A DNA stretch of 64,000 bases from positions 19,902,001 through 19,966,000 of the forward strand of contig OZ231126.1 of the NCBI GenBank assembly GCA_965153355.1, in the 5' to 3' direction. The translations under genes were made by a program, and so were the position numbers. Below the pieces are notes generated by a model. It searched no databases. It saw only the letters and a list, made by a program, of their open reading frames with translations, and was not told the DNA's origin. Positions within the stretch are counted from its first letter, which is position 1. Every line of letters starts with the position of its first letter. The DNA comes from Flaccisagitta enflata. Taxonomy: Eukaryota. Positions 1-12,472 of this stretch are shown piece after piece.

Positions 1-93
1 CCTTTGTGCTCTTTGAAAGACTTTCTTAAATTTCACCGAGGCATCTCTTTCTGTTCTTCATCCGATGGCTAAATCTTTAAACCTTGAGATATA

Positions 94-345
94 CAGTCTA
101 TGGACATTTCGGTATTTGTAGATATGTCAGCAGTTTGGTACATTTCAACCTGTTGAAATTTCTCATTCCGGCATATTTCAACGGGTTGAAATCTTTCATT
201 CTACTGATATTGATCTTGTAGAATGAGAGATTTCAACATGTTGAAATGTGCCAAAATGAGAGATTTCAACCCCTTGAAATATGCCAGAATGAAAGATTTC
301 AACGGGTTGAAATATATCTACAAATACCGAAATGTCCATAGACTG
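94..345. mobile_element. TA-flanked MITE (Tc1/mariner-type ends), internally palindromic
   Basis: 32-bp perfect TIR CAGTCTATGGACATTTCGGTATTTGTAGATAT (94-125 / 314-345) with TA on both sides. Interior carries repeated ATTTCAACnnnTTGAAAT motifs. Confidence 0.85.
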
Positions 346-960
346 TATAAAGTCACCCAAAATTCTTCACCAATACGTAAAAGCTTGAAACGGAGTTGTC
401 TTCATAATATGCTTTTTTGCACTCAAGGTTTACTTTAATTGCCATTCTTTAAGGCGATGATACTCTCAAATCAATGCAAACAATTTCGTTAATTGTGGCT
501 CTGCAGATTAAGAATTCAGACATCTAGTAAAGGGTGTATGCTTTGGTAAAAGGGAGTAAGTTATGTCATCCTATCACGCCAAAGGCATTTCTAGAAAAAA
601 AAGATCAACCATTTTCCTCCCCAAAGGCTTATCGCATCACAGAGAGAAAAAAGAAGGTCCCATGGATTTGGGACACGGGATTTGAAAGTCATAGGCGGCT
701 TTTGTATACATCCATTGATATATCAAAATGACGACCAAAGCGTCTCCTAGCAGTCAATCTCCTATGTGTCAACACAGCTGCCTTTCTTTTTCTTAAACGG
801 CTCTTCTTTTCTTTCTTTGCTTTTTCTCTTTTCTTTTTTTCTTTCCCTATCTCTCTCCCTCGGCTTTTTCTCTCCCTCTTTCTTCCTGATGCCAACTCTC
901 TCTCTCTCTCTCACCCCTGCTGTGATGATAGTCGACTTTAGCCGTCAATGGAAGAAGCGC

Positions 961-1063
<103 letters not shown>

Positions 1064-1607
1064 TGCAGATGTGTACATCTTGATTTCCTCATTTGTTTGA
1101 TTTTCGTATCTTCTCTCCTTGGCCGTCATCGCATCAACGTTGCCAACAACATCGTCATCATTTTCATCGCATATTGAGACCGTTATCTGTGACCCTGACA
1201 ACCGAAACAAACCTCACGTTCGTCTGTCTGTCTACCTAACTCGTTCTGTATGTAAATGTTGTGTTATCCTTCTCGTATATCTGTCTGCATCTTCATATGT
1301 TTACTGTTTAGTCAAACTATTCAAGATCGCAGACTAGTCTACTCATGAAAACGAAATAAGTGGCAAATTACTGCTGAATAACTATCGTTGATCAAGTAGG
1401 CAAGTGCCATTCGAAATTGCCATTTCTCTCTCCCATTTTTGAGGTGCATGACCGAATGGTCAAAGAGGATGTAAGTAACTGAGTTTCTCTCTCTGAAACA
1501 AAGTTGTCGAGGTCAACTGAACTATCACAATACTTTTGTCCGCCTATGTCCTTTGTCTTGGCCACTTGTCATGCGAGGCCAGTCAGGTCATCATCGAGGC
1601 CAGTAAG

Positions 1608-2386
1608 CAGGCCTTGATTTAGAGCGGGCCCGCGGGCCCGAGGCCCGCAATTTGGCTGTCGGGCCCGCACTTTTTGCTAGCAGTGGGCCCGGTTGGCCCG
1701 CTCCCATTTGGCTACCTGTTTTGCACTCAACTTTTTTCTCTGAAACTGTTTTGATGACGTTCTTCAAAGTTACATTTCATGAATTAAAAAAAAAAGAAAA
1801 AAAGAATGATTCTGAATAGTCTCTCCTCTGAGACGTTCAAAGCATACACCTTGGGTAGCATGTCATACATAGAAAACTTTTTGTAAATCGACTTTTTAAA
1901 GAAAACAATTTTTTTGCTGCCATAAGTCGACTTGAGACTTTCTAATGGGGGTAATCGGCAAATCTTGATACAAGTTCTCTATATTTTTTTGAAGCACCAT
2001 CTGATTTAAGCAGTGCACTAAAATTTGTGAAGAATAACTGTTGCAGTGCTCGTTTTTTTACATCATTTTCACTGTGCTAAATTGAACTTACTGCCATTAG
2101 TAGTCTTAAGGCTTCTCTTTTTTCTTTTACTTTCTTGCCCTCACCCTCCAAGAAGCCCATGATAACCACAATTATTTTATAGTTGAAATTGTTAGATCTG
2201 AATGGGATATGCAAGGAGAATGATTGGCTTGAGTTTTTTTTACATAATAGCCACTATAAAATACCACTATTTGGGAACAGAGAACAGTATAATATACCGG
2301 GCCCGCTGTTTCTTTGTCGGGCCCGCTAAAATTTGGAGGATTGGGCCCGATTGGCCCGCTCAAAAAAATGACTAGGGAAAGGCCTG
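1608..2386. mobile_element. Non-autonomous hAT-type DNA transposon
   Basis: Terminal IR CAGGCCTT...AAGGCCTG, 8-bp direct TSD CCAGTAAG (1600-1607 and 2387-2394), and clustered subterminal GGGCCCG motifs at both ends. No transposase ORF. Confidence 0.85.
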
Positions 2387-2496
2387 CCAGTAAGGCTATC
2401 ATCGAGGTCAGTCAGGCCATCTTCAAGTCTTTGGCCCTGACTTTCTTGGCCGTACCCACCAAATGGTCTCCGCACAACCGACGGTCAGGGGACACT

Positions 2497-2608
<112 letters not shown>

Positions 2609-2701
2609 AGGGATTCTATATTTGTCTCCTCAGATGAATTAATGATGAATCTTTCTACGAGCACCAGCCCAAATGAAACCGTGTCAGTGAGTGAGTGAGT
2701 G

Positions 2702-2791
<90 letters not shown>

Positions 2792-3095
2792 CCGCTGTTC
2801 AGTGTGCGAGGGCGTTGAATTATCACCCACATGAATCTGAAGCAAGGTCAAGGAAGAAGGAGCTAAGACAGAGACAGAGACACGGCCGCAAGAGATAGAG
2901 ATAGAGACGGTCATCCTGTTATTAGGAGAAAGAAAAAAGATGGACGGGAGTGGCAAAGACAGAAAAAAGTGTCATCTAGAAAAGGGACTTTTTGATTCAG
3001 CTTTAGAAGAAAATGATCGAGGTTCGTCAATGTGTGGAGGATGAATGAAGGCAATTTGCATTGACAACGAAGATGGGACAAGACAAAAAGAAAGT

Positions 3096-3135
<40 letters not shown>

Positions 3136-3350
3136 AACAGACTCGTGATGAAAAGAGTTGAGTCAATAGAGAAAAGCAAAAGACAGGAATGGAAATATTG
3201 TATGGCAGAAAGACGTATTATGCCACTATGGTGATGATTGCGCAAAAAAGAGATATATAGGCTTCATAGGTTCATTCCAAGTATTACGCAGAAATTATCC
3301 ACTGGTTCTATCAGCTCATTGATGTCGATATATAACTGAAAAGGGAAAAC

Positions 3351-3490
3351 CAAGGCCGGATATGCGGCAAGATAGTCGCGGACGATTGGGCAGGGGCTGC
3401 TATGCAGTTCCTGCTTGGAATTAAAAAAAGAATTGTTACGGACCGACCTACCGACCTACCGACCGACACGGCAAGGTGACCGCGACTAAG
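3351..3490 (-). mobile_element. HINE/DINE-1-like short element (family A), diverged
   Basis: Reverse-complement copy with AAGGCCGGATA end, AGTCGCGGAC subTIR, GACC-type microsatellite and CGCGACTAA end. Homologous to 17681-17841. Confidence 0.75.
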
Positions 3491-3614
3491 AACACTGACC
3501 AAAAGGCGAGTTTGAGCCTCTGCAAACCAATCATACCTGACTTCGCGAGGATTAATATCATTCTGTCAGCAGCAATTAGGGAAAGAAAAAAAGAAATCTG
3601 AGATGAAAAAAGAA

Positions 3615-3729
<115 letters not shown>

Positions 3730-3861
3730 AAAAGGTCTCGCGGTCAAAAGTGAACATGAAAATAGGATGTGAGAAGTTGTTTCCCTTGACTGAGTCCATG
3801 AACGCCTGGGGACGTTGGACACTACTTTGCCACATTAGCGCAGGAGAGAAAGGAGAGCAAT

Positions 3862-3951
<90 letters not shown>

Positions 3952-5544
3952 GTTACGGCTTTCACCGTTTCCATACAAATTATTAAATGCTTTAATCATT
4001 TTTGCATATTGCAGCTATAAGAATGTTACTCCCATAATCATGAAAATTATTGGCCAATTCTTTACATTTTTTTCATTGTATATATACACTTTAGTGTTGG
4101 GACAAATTTTGATTTGTAAAAGTTTTTGTTTTGTACAGATTTTCTGAATATAGTTACGTTTGTACACATACACCTAATTCTCTTGTGTATATACGGTTTT
4201 ATATGAATAATTTCAAACCCGTTAGTGTGAGTCTCTTACTGGGCATGCCTGTCTACTGAAGACCACGTGCAAGATTTCGTGGTAATTTTAAAGGACTCCG
4301 CGTGAGCGGCTGTCCATGCTCCGCGACATGTCTTTGGAAACTCCCGCAAATGCTCTTGTCCCATACTCGATGTGACCATGTCACAGATTTCGATAGAAAT
4401 TGAAACGAATTCAGTTTCATAAGCGAGAAACCATTCGATATCTGCATGTGAACTGAGCTGCACACACGCTCTTCTGATAGACAGAGGCAGGAAAGTTCAT
4501 AGGCACCATTCTACTCGAAGCCATGTTTTTTTCTTCATGTTCCTCGTGTGCCCCGCGAAGAACTGTTGGGAGTTTATTTGACGAGTAAAGTTTGGAAAAC
4601 GTCTCTCGAGAGAAAGAAGAAGCAGTGATTTAATTCCCTTTCCATCAATGTTCTCTGCCGGCTTAGCACCACCTTTGGCGCCCGCCTCACCTAAAACAAA
4701 CAACGATGGGGCGGAGAAGAAAAGGAGAGAGAAAAAGAAGGCAAAAGAAGGAAAAAGAAGAAGAAAGATTTAGAAAGGAGAAAGGAGAAAAAAGGTAAAC
4801 AAAAAGAGGAAGAAGACTTGCAACCAATGACAACCATTAGAAAGGGTCGAAGGGGGTGCAGGGAAAGGGCAGAGGGGCACCTGCATAACGCATAAGGTAG
4901 ACTAGGGTACGGTACGTGACAAGAGGGTTTACGGTGGAAATATCACCTATTAGTTTTTTTTTCAAGAACGTTAAAGTGGTGTGACTAAGCAACCGATTCA
5001 CATTTCAATAAGATGAGAATTCACAGATGATGATGAACATATCTTTTGCGATGTAGTTAGTGGAATACAGTCGAAAATTGGGGAGAGGGTGTAAAAGGGG
5101 TGTATGAGGGGTAAATGATGGAAGCCGTGGTTACGGGATCTTTCTTAATGGGCGGCTCTACTGAAGAGAGTCACCCATTAAAGAACCCCGTCATTTATTC
5201 AAATAAATCGTTCCACATCATCTCTAATCTTATACCACCCCCACCTCCTTCCCCATACTGTTTTAATTCTTTTGGAGGCCTTTGGGTCATCGGCACCGTC
5301 AGAAGCCGACAAAAAAAACCACAAGAAAGCAAACAAAACATCAACGCGTCATCGCAAACTCATTCCATCCCGATCTGAAAACTGTTTTGCGCCCAAAGTT
5401 TATCATGCGAACGGGAATATGCTAATCAAGCCATTTGCTTCTCCTATTCTATTCTCTTTTTTGCATCTTTTTCTCTCTTTCTCTCTCCCTTTAAATGGAA
5501 TGAGGGGGTAAAATAGAGGGAGAGTAATGGGCAGAAAAAAAATC

Positions 5545-5589
<45 letters not shown>

Positions 5590-5946
5590 ACTCGGTTACA
5601 ACATGGAGATTTACCACTGTTTTGATGACCCTTTCACCCTGTCATCCGGTTCTGCCATCCCTTTCCATCACCCATTGGTCAAACAACGTTGCCGATGGAA
5701 TCTCAATTGGTCAAACAATGTTGTTGATGGCGGTTCATCAAATCCGGAGAAAAGCCTTTCAAATCCCTGGTCTCTGGATCAATGAAGCGTGAAGCAATCC
5801 AACAGTTGCAAAATTGTGAATTGGTCAGTGGTTCCCTTCTTGTTTTTCGAAACCATGTCTTCAAAATAACGGCTATCCAACTACTGGCAATCGGTAATGG
5901 TTAACTGGATGTCGATAGTGCTTGCTTAACAGATAAATATATGGGG

Positions 5947-6113
5947 AACAAGGCCGGGTACACGGCACTTTAGTTGCAGACGGTTGAGCAGCGTTAGTAA
6001 TGCAAAAACAATGATTCAATAATGTGCCGTATGGACGAATGGACTTACGGACAGACTTACAAACAGACTTACGAACGGACGGACAGACCAAGCCATAGTG
6101 TTCGCAAATAAAA
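5947..6113 (-). mobile_element. HINE/DINE-1-like short element (family A), degraded
   Basis: AACAAGGCCGGGTACACGGC end, AGTTGCAGAC subTIR-like motif, (GGAC/AGAC)n microsatellite. Confidence 0.6.
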
Positions 6114-6314
6114 ACTGGGTAACTGCATTTCATAACCGTTATAGAATGAATGAATATTTCTTTGGGGCAGCGGCCCACAAAAATCAGCGCCTTGCTGGAT
6201 TATTCTGAGATTCACTGAGGCTATCGCCCAACACCCAACTGAAAGGAGAAACACCCCGTACATATGGTTATTGGAAGGAACGTGTAAGTGCCCATTAGTG
6301 AGGCTTTTAAAATC

Positions 6315-6354
<40 letters not shown>

Positions 6355-7269
6355 TTCTCGTCCTCGTGTTGATAGGCCCTGCATTACAAGCGATGTTTCC
6401 GCCCGAATCGCTAAAGCATGGCAACTTCCATCTTTTTCCATTGATTCCTCTTTCATTCGGGTTGCACAATGCGACTCTAACAACAACGACGACGAAGATG
6501 ACGACGACGATGATGACGACGACGACGACGACGACGAAAACGGTAGTATTACCATCGACAACACTTCGCGGCAAAGTCCATAATAACTAGAATCCGGCCT
6601 TTGACACCATAGATTCCTTCTCCTTTTCACCATATGTGAGACTCACTCTTCTCCTTTTATCGCGCAGAAACACACAGCAGAATGGGGCGTTGGTTTTAAA
6701 AGGGTTGGACTGGATTAACGGTACATGCCAGCATTTTCAAAAGCTGGGTTGCCTTCTCGTTTGTTTGCTGAAAGAAAGCTTTTCCAGTCTCAGGTTTCAT
6801 TTGTCTGTCTTTGTCTGTCTTTCTTAGTTCATTTCTTATGTTATGAGTTAAGGAGAATACGGCGTCACAGATTGAGTGGAATCACTCTCTCTCTCACATT
6901 ATGATTTTATTAAGTCACACTGGTTGCTCGCCCAAGGAAAATAAAGCTTTCATGTTTATATCCTGCCATAACAAACTAACAGACTTTGCTTTGGGCGATG
7001 GTTAGGATTCACCTATTGTCCGGTCATCTCGAGGTCGTCCTCATTGTCCGTTCTATAGATGGTTTCACTTTCTGAATCATTCGACCTCGCTAAGGAATCT
7101 CATGGTGCTCCCATGGTGCTAATGGTTGCTCCAAACCATCAGCCGTGGAACTCTCGTTACAGTCTCTTTCACTTCTTAGCCTTTGTCTTTTATTCCCTTT
7201 CTTTTTTTCCCTTTTTTTTTTCTCCCTCAGATATTTTTTCTTTTCTTCTTCTCTTTTTCTTTTTCGCTT

Positions 7270-7995
7270 TTTGGGCAGCGGCCCCGAAGGGGACGAAGTT
7301 CTGTAGAACACAGGGGGACTTTCGTTCGTCCGTTCGTCCGTCCGTTCGTTCGTTAGTCCCCCTCTTCATCAGACCCCTCAGGCCTCAAATCTGGCCTCTC
7401 AGGCCTCAAATCCAGCCTCTCAGGTCTCAAATCCAGCCTCCCAGGCCTCAAATCTGGCCTCTCAGGCCTCAAATCTGGCCTCTCAAGCCTCAAATCTGGC
7501 CTCTCAGGCCTCAGATCTGGCCTCTCAGGCCTCAAATCTGGCCTCTCAGGCCTCAAATCTGGCTTCTCAGGCCTCAAACCTGGCTTCTCAGGCTTCAAAC
7601 CTGGCCTCTCATGCCTCAAATTAGGCCTCTCAGGCCTCAAATCAGCCATCTAAACCTCAATTTATTGCTCCCAGGCTTCAAATCAGTCCTCTGGCCTTCC
7701 AAGCCTTAATCCAGCTCTCTCAAGCCTCAAGTCAGCCCTCTCAAGCTTCCAATCGGCATTCTCAGGCCTTACATCAGCCTTCTTAGACCTCAGTTTAGGC
7801 TCTTGAATGCTTTCAGTCAGCCCTCTATAGCATCTCATCCACTTCTTCATGTAGGACGAACGAAAGTCCCCCTGTGTTCTACAGGACTTCGTCCCCTTCG
7901 GGGCCGCTGCCCTGCTTCCCCTCACTCCAATTCACAATCACTCAAAGCAGGGCAACGGGTATCGCTGACCACATATTGCCCTTGGGCGACCTGTT
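7270..7995 (+). mobile_element. Foldback HINE-like element (family B) with central 21-bp tandem array
   Basis: ~58-bp inverted arms (7273-7330 / 7855-7912) around (CGTT/CGTC)n and CTCTCAGGCCTCAAATCTGGC repeats. 3' tail GCAGGGCAACGGGTATCGCTGACC...GCCCTTGGGC...CTGTT is shared with the 29909 copy. Confidence 0.85.
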
Positions 7996-8444
7996 CTCAC
8001 CTCCGTTTCAATATGTTCTCTCACTCAGTCACCTTTATGTCAGAGCCTAGTCGTCGTCGTCGTCGTCATCGTCGTCGTCGTCGTCGTCGTTGTCGTCGTC
8101 GTCGTCGTCGTCGTCGTCGTTGTCTTCGTCGTCGTTGTCGTTGTCGTCATCATCATCATTTTTGTCACCTATTGTCCCCTTATTTGACTCCTGTCCATAG
8201 AGAGTGAGAAAGGGAGCTAAAAGGAAACAAGATGTGATTTCGCTTTATTTTCAAAATTGAAGAATCCTTTTTTCCATATTTCAAATCTCTATTTTTCAAT
8301 TTGAATCGAAAGGAAAGCAAATGTGAAGATGGAGAGAATTCGATAAAAGTTTTGCTGCCGCATTTTTCTGTCTTTCTGGTTGAATAGCTTCCATTAGACG
8401 GGACAAAGGAGTAAGAGAATGAGAGAATGGGAGAAAGAAAGAAT

Positions 8445-8586
<142 letters not shown>

Positions 8587-8784
8587 TGAGGAAGAAGAAG
8601 AAAGGGAGAAATACATGTTTCTCAGCATTTTTATCGCTGCTGATTAAAATACTTAGTTTAAATCAAACATTTTCAATGTTTTTGAATAGGCCAACTTTGA
8701 CGGCATTGACCTTCTTCTTTATTTGTACGCGTGATTCCGATTTGCTTATTCAACGAGGGCAATGTTGGATCACTATGACTCCGG

Positions 8785-8930
8785 TGTCATGTCACCACGA
8801 CGTCGATGTAACGTCACCATGACTTCGATGTAATGTCACCATGACGTCCATGTAACGTCACCATGACGTCCATGTAACGTCACCATGACGTCCATGTAAC
8901 GTCACCATGACGTCGATGTAATGACATCAT
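8785..8930. repeat. 21-bp minisatellite (TGTAACGTCACCATGACGTCC/G-A)
   Basis: About 6 near-identical tandem units visible. Confidence 0.85.
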
Positions 8931-9234
8931 AGCGTCATCGAATCGTCATCGCTGATGTCATCCTGTCGCCAACATGACAGTTGAAGGCGACATTTTGTCT
9001 GCCATCCCCCGTCGGTCTCCTCCCATTCTATCATCGACACATTGACGCGCTGAGGTCATGTTTGATGTAACATGGACGAAGGGACATTCTCCTCCGCCTA
9101 TATGGTCAAGCGTGACCAGATGGAGGGGCAAAGAGTAACTAAGACGCTAAGAGACAGAGATAGAGACAGACAAACAGATAGAGACAGACAGATAGAGACA
9201 GACAGGTAGAAGACAGACAGACCGACCGACCGAA

Positions 9235-9266
<32 letters not shown>

Positions 9267-9589
9267 GGACAGACTCACAGACAGACAGATTCACAAACAG
9301 ACAGACACAGAAAGACAGACACAGAGAGACAGAGAGCCATATGTAGAAAAAGAAGATGTAGAAAGACTCAGAAACAGAAAAACAGAAAAACAAAAAGACA
9401 GATACAGGAAAGATAGCGGAAGCCTGTTAGAGACAGTGAGAGACAAAGAAAGACAGAAAAAGACAGAAATCGAATGAGCGCCCTGAGTCCATTTGGGGTT
9501 ACCACATCGTCGCTGTGACCATTTTTAGGTTATGTCCTCTTTCGTGCCCCTTATGTCACCTCTGATTTTATGACTCGAGACTGACCCCC

Positions 9590-9669
<80 letters not shown>

Positions 9670-9736
9670 TGGACTAATAAAGAAGCAACCTGAATAAAAA
9701 GGAAAACAGAATCGGACAAAATCAATTTGAGAGTTA

Positions 9737-11146
9737 CTACCCGAATTAAAAAAAACGCAAGTTTTTCATAGAAGTGATTGAATAAGGCTACCTTTTCCGT
9801 CTGAGCAGCATTTTGCAAACTGGTTTGGTTTATTCGAGCTTCCATGTATCATATCCAAGAGTTTTAGCCCTCAGAATCAAGCTGATGCGGAGAAATCGCC
9901 ATGCAAAAGTGACATGTACTTTAAAAATTTTTGCCTTTGATTTTCGATTTAGAGTCCATGATGACTTTGAAGGTTTTATTGTAATTAATCACATTCGGTG
10001 CTTCATTTTTCATCACAGACAATGAGGAACTCAAATATGAGAGTCATGAAAGAAAACTACATGGGTAAAACAATGCCTGATTGCTCATTGTGGTGCAATT
10101 ACTCCATCACCTTCACCCCAAAATATCCTTTTTTTTCCTCGGACTGCATTTTGAAATTTGGACCCCTGCACCTTCTTTTGAGTATAACACCTCTCACATA
10201 ATTAAACGAACTGGGAAAATTGTCAGAGTTGATAGAAATAATACATTCACTGGGCCGAAATTTGACACAGAGACGGAGTTAAAATATAGTATTTTCGCAA
10301 TCCAGGGCAAATTTGTGTACCTGGGAAAGTGCGTGGCTCTCAGAATGTGTTACGCCAAAAATCCAGTTAATGATTTTGACTGATTTTGACAAGTAAATTT
10401 TTGATGATGAGAAAACATAATCCTCCTTAAAATTTACCATGAAAAAGTCACAAAAACATTAATTCTCAGGTTCTTGTACCACTAACAGACAATAATGAGT
10501 CAACAGTACCAAAATACAGTCATTGATAGCTACAAAAAGTATCAAAACCCCTTGTCAATTATGACAGTTTTAGCGACAAATTTGAAGATTGACTAAACCT
10601 AAAATTTGCATGATATCATTCGATGAAGCTATTTACAGGTTTTGGTTGAAAGGATTTGAAGTCTTTAGTTGCGGACACGCAACTCTATAAGAGGCTTTGT
10701 CCGTCCGTCCGTCCGTCCGTCCGTCCGTCCGTCCGTCCGTCCGTCCGTCCGTCCGTCCGTCCGTTGGTTGGTCGGTCCGTAACCACGAGTCGAAAAGTGA
10801 GAAAACGCGCATTTCCGCCCCTGCCCATCCGTCCGCAACTGGTGGCCGTGTATCCGGCCTTGTTTTGTAGAACCCTCATGGGAATAACATGTTTTGATAT
10901 TATCATTGACCTGGACTCCTGTTTTGGACTTAAACTACGCAATTATGGACAAGCTCTGATCCCAGTTCACCTAATTTTGTGAGAGGTGTTAACTTCTTAA
11001 CGAATAAAGCTATAGATGTGGGATTGCGCTCAAAAGAAAGCCCTCGAAAAAATCTTCAATTTGGTCACCGATAAATCATGTCTTAAGTTAGCCAAAGGCG
11101 CAAAAATGAGCTAAAGAAAAACTTGCGTTTTTTTTAATTCGGGTAG
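9737..11146. mobile_element. TA-flanked non-autonomous TIR element (1.4 kb) carrying a nested family A insertion
   Basis: 31-bp perfect TIR CTACCCGAATTAAAAAAAACGCAAGTTTTTC (9737-9767 / 11116-11146), TA at 9735-9736 and 11147-11148. AT-rich interior without a transposase ORF. Confidence 0.8.
10664..10864 (+). mobile_element. HINE/DINE-1-like short element (family A), intact
   Basis: TTT-AGTTGCGGAC-ACGCAACT 5' hairpin, (GTCC)n, 3' subTIR GTCCGCAACT, stem-loop GGCCG-TGTATC-CGGCC, then TTGTT. Confidence 0.85.
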
Positions 11147-11994
11147 TAAGTTATCTTTAGAGATAAGATAAGACACTATGGCCAAACCTGGCGATGGATT
11201 GGGATCAACACTTAGAGCTGGATAACCCAACGCAAAGAAAGAGAGAGAAACATATAAGGAACGCGGCAGGTAGGGTAAGAAAAACACCGAAAGCGAACAA
11301 AACATCAACACGTCGTGGCAAAGTAGATCTAAAAACTAGTTCATATACGAAAACGAAAATGTTGAATGTTGAAAATTTCGAATCATCCGAGAGTTCGAAC
11401 TTAGTTTCAACCAATCAAGTTCGGTAAAAAAGATCAACATCAAAATTCTTTCAAGGCAAAAGCAGATGTCGAGCCGAAACTCGACACGATGTGAAACAAA
11501 TTAAATACTTCTGCATATTGCAGTCTTAAAGAGTATATTGCCTAGATTTCAGAGGAAAAATATTTGGAGAGTATTGTATATAATTCTTATCCCAGAGCCC
11601 GTTGTAATTTGCTAGGGTAATTACATATCCATACTTATGGAACGCTACACAGGAAAACGTCAAAATATTCTACATTATCTTCAAATCGATATCATCCTAA
11701 ACTTTGTTCATTTTTCTTTTGAAACCTATTCAGTAAATCCTGAATTTCATGAATTTAGATTGTTTTCTATTTAGGAATTTTTTTGAAGCGAGAACACGGC
11801 CCTCTGCGGCCTCTGACATAGTTTTCGCGAGAGACGTAAGATATTGGTGGTACATCATCATTGACGAATCACGGGCAGTGAAAGTTAGTTTTTTTCTTAT
11901 GGATCTGTAGACTAAAAAGGCCGGATACGCTGCTTTACCAGACATTCGGGCAGGGGCAGTGAGGTGAAAAACTCATTAACGACGAAAGATGGTA

Positions 11995-12213
11995 AACAAG
12001 TGACGCGAGGTCACAACTTCGGACGGGTGGGCAGGGGCATCCAATCCCCATCCACACCCCAACCCACCCCAACACTCAAACACACAAACAGTATCTAAAC
12101 GCTCGTTTTCCCACTTTTCAACTCGATGACCACACACGGATGGACGGACGGACCAAAGGACGGATGGACGGACGGAAAAAGCCTCTTATAGAGTTGCGTA
12201 TCCGCAACTAAAA
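11995..12213 (-). mobile_element. HINE/DINE-1-like element (family A, GTGAC-hairpin subfamily)
   Basis: AGTTGCGTATCCGCAACT hairpin at right end, (GGAC)n, AACAAGTGAC end. Homologous to 21651 and 44780. A further 3'-end fragment of family A lies at ~11916-11960. Confidence 0.8.
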
Positions 12214-12391
12214 AGAAGAATAGAAAGATGGAAATTAAGATAGAGGAAGTTATGGTGATAAGGGGATGCCCTGAAGAGATACTCGCGCAATTTTGGAGGG
12301 CAATTCCCCTTTCAAAAGGTGAAGAGAAATCTGGGAGAGGTGAAAATCAGAGGTGAAGTCAGACTGTTTCTCCTCTCTCTCTGTCTCTCTG

Positions 12392-12472
<81 letters not shown>

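Noticed and set aside
5743..5763. Reading SGEKPFK resembling a zinc-finger linker
   Set aside because: No flanking Cys/His pattern, and an in-frame stop lies just upstream. Treated as chance.
7059..7709. Long ORFs with heptad repeats (RPQIWPL; also LSGLKSA at 29753-31166 and PKISPLR at 61984)
   Set aside because: These are translations of the 21-bp arrays inside family B elements. They are open in several frames and strands and lack splice or start context.
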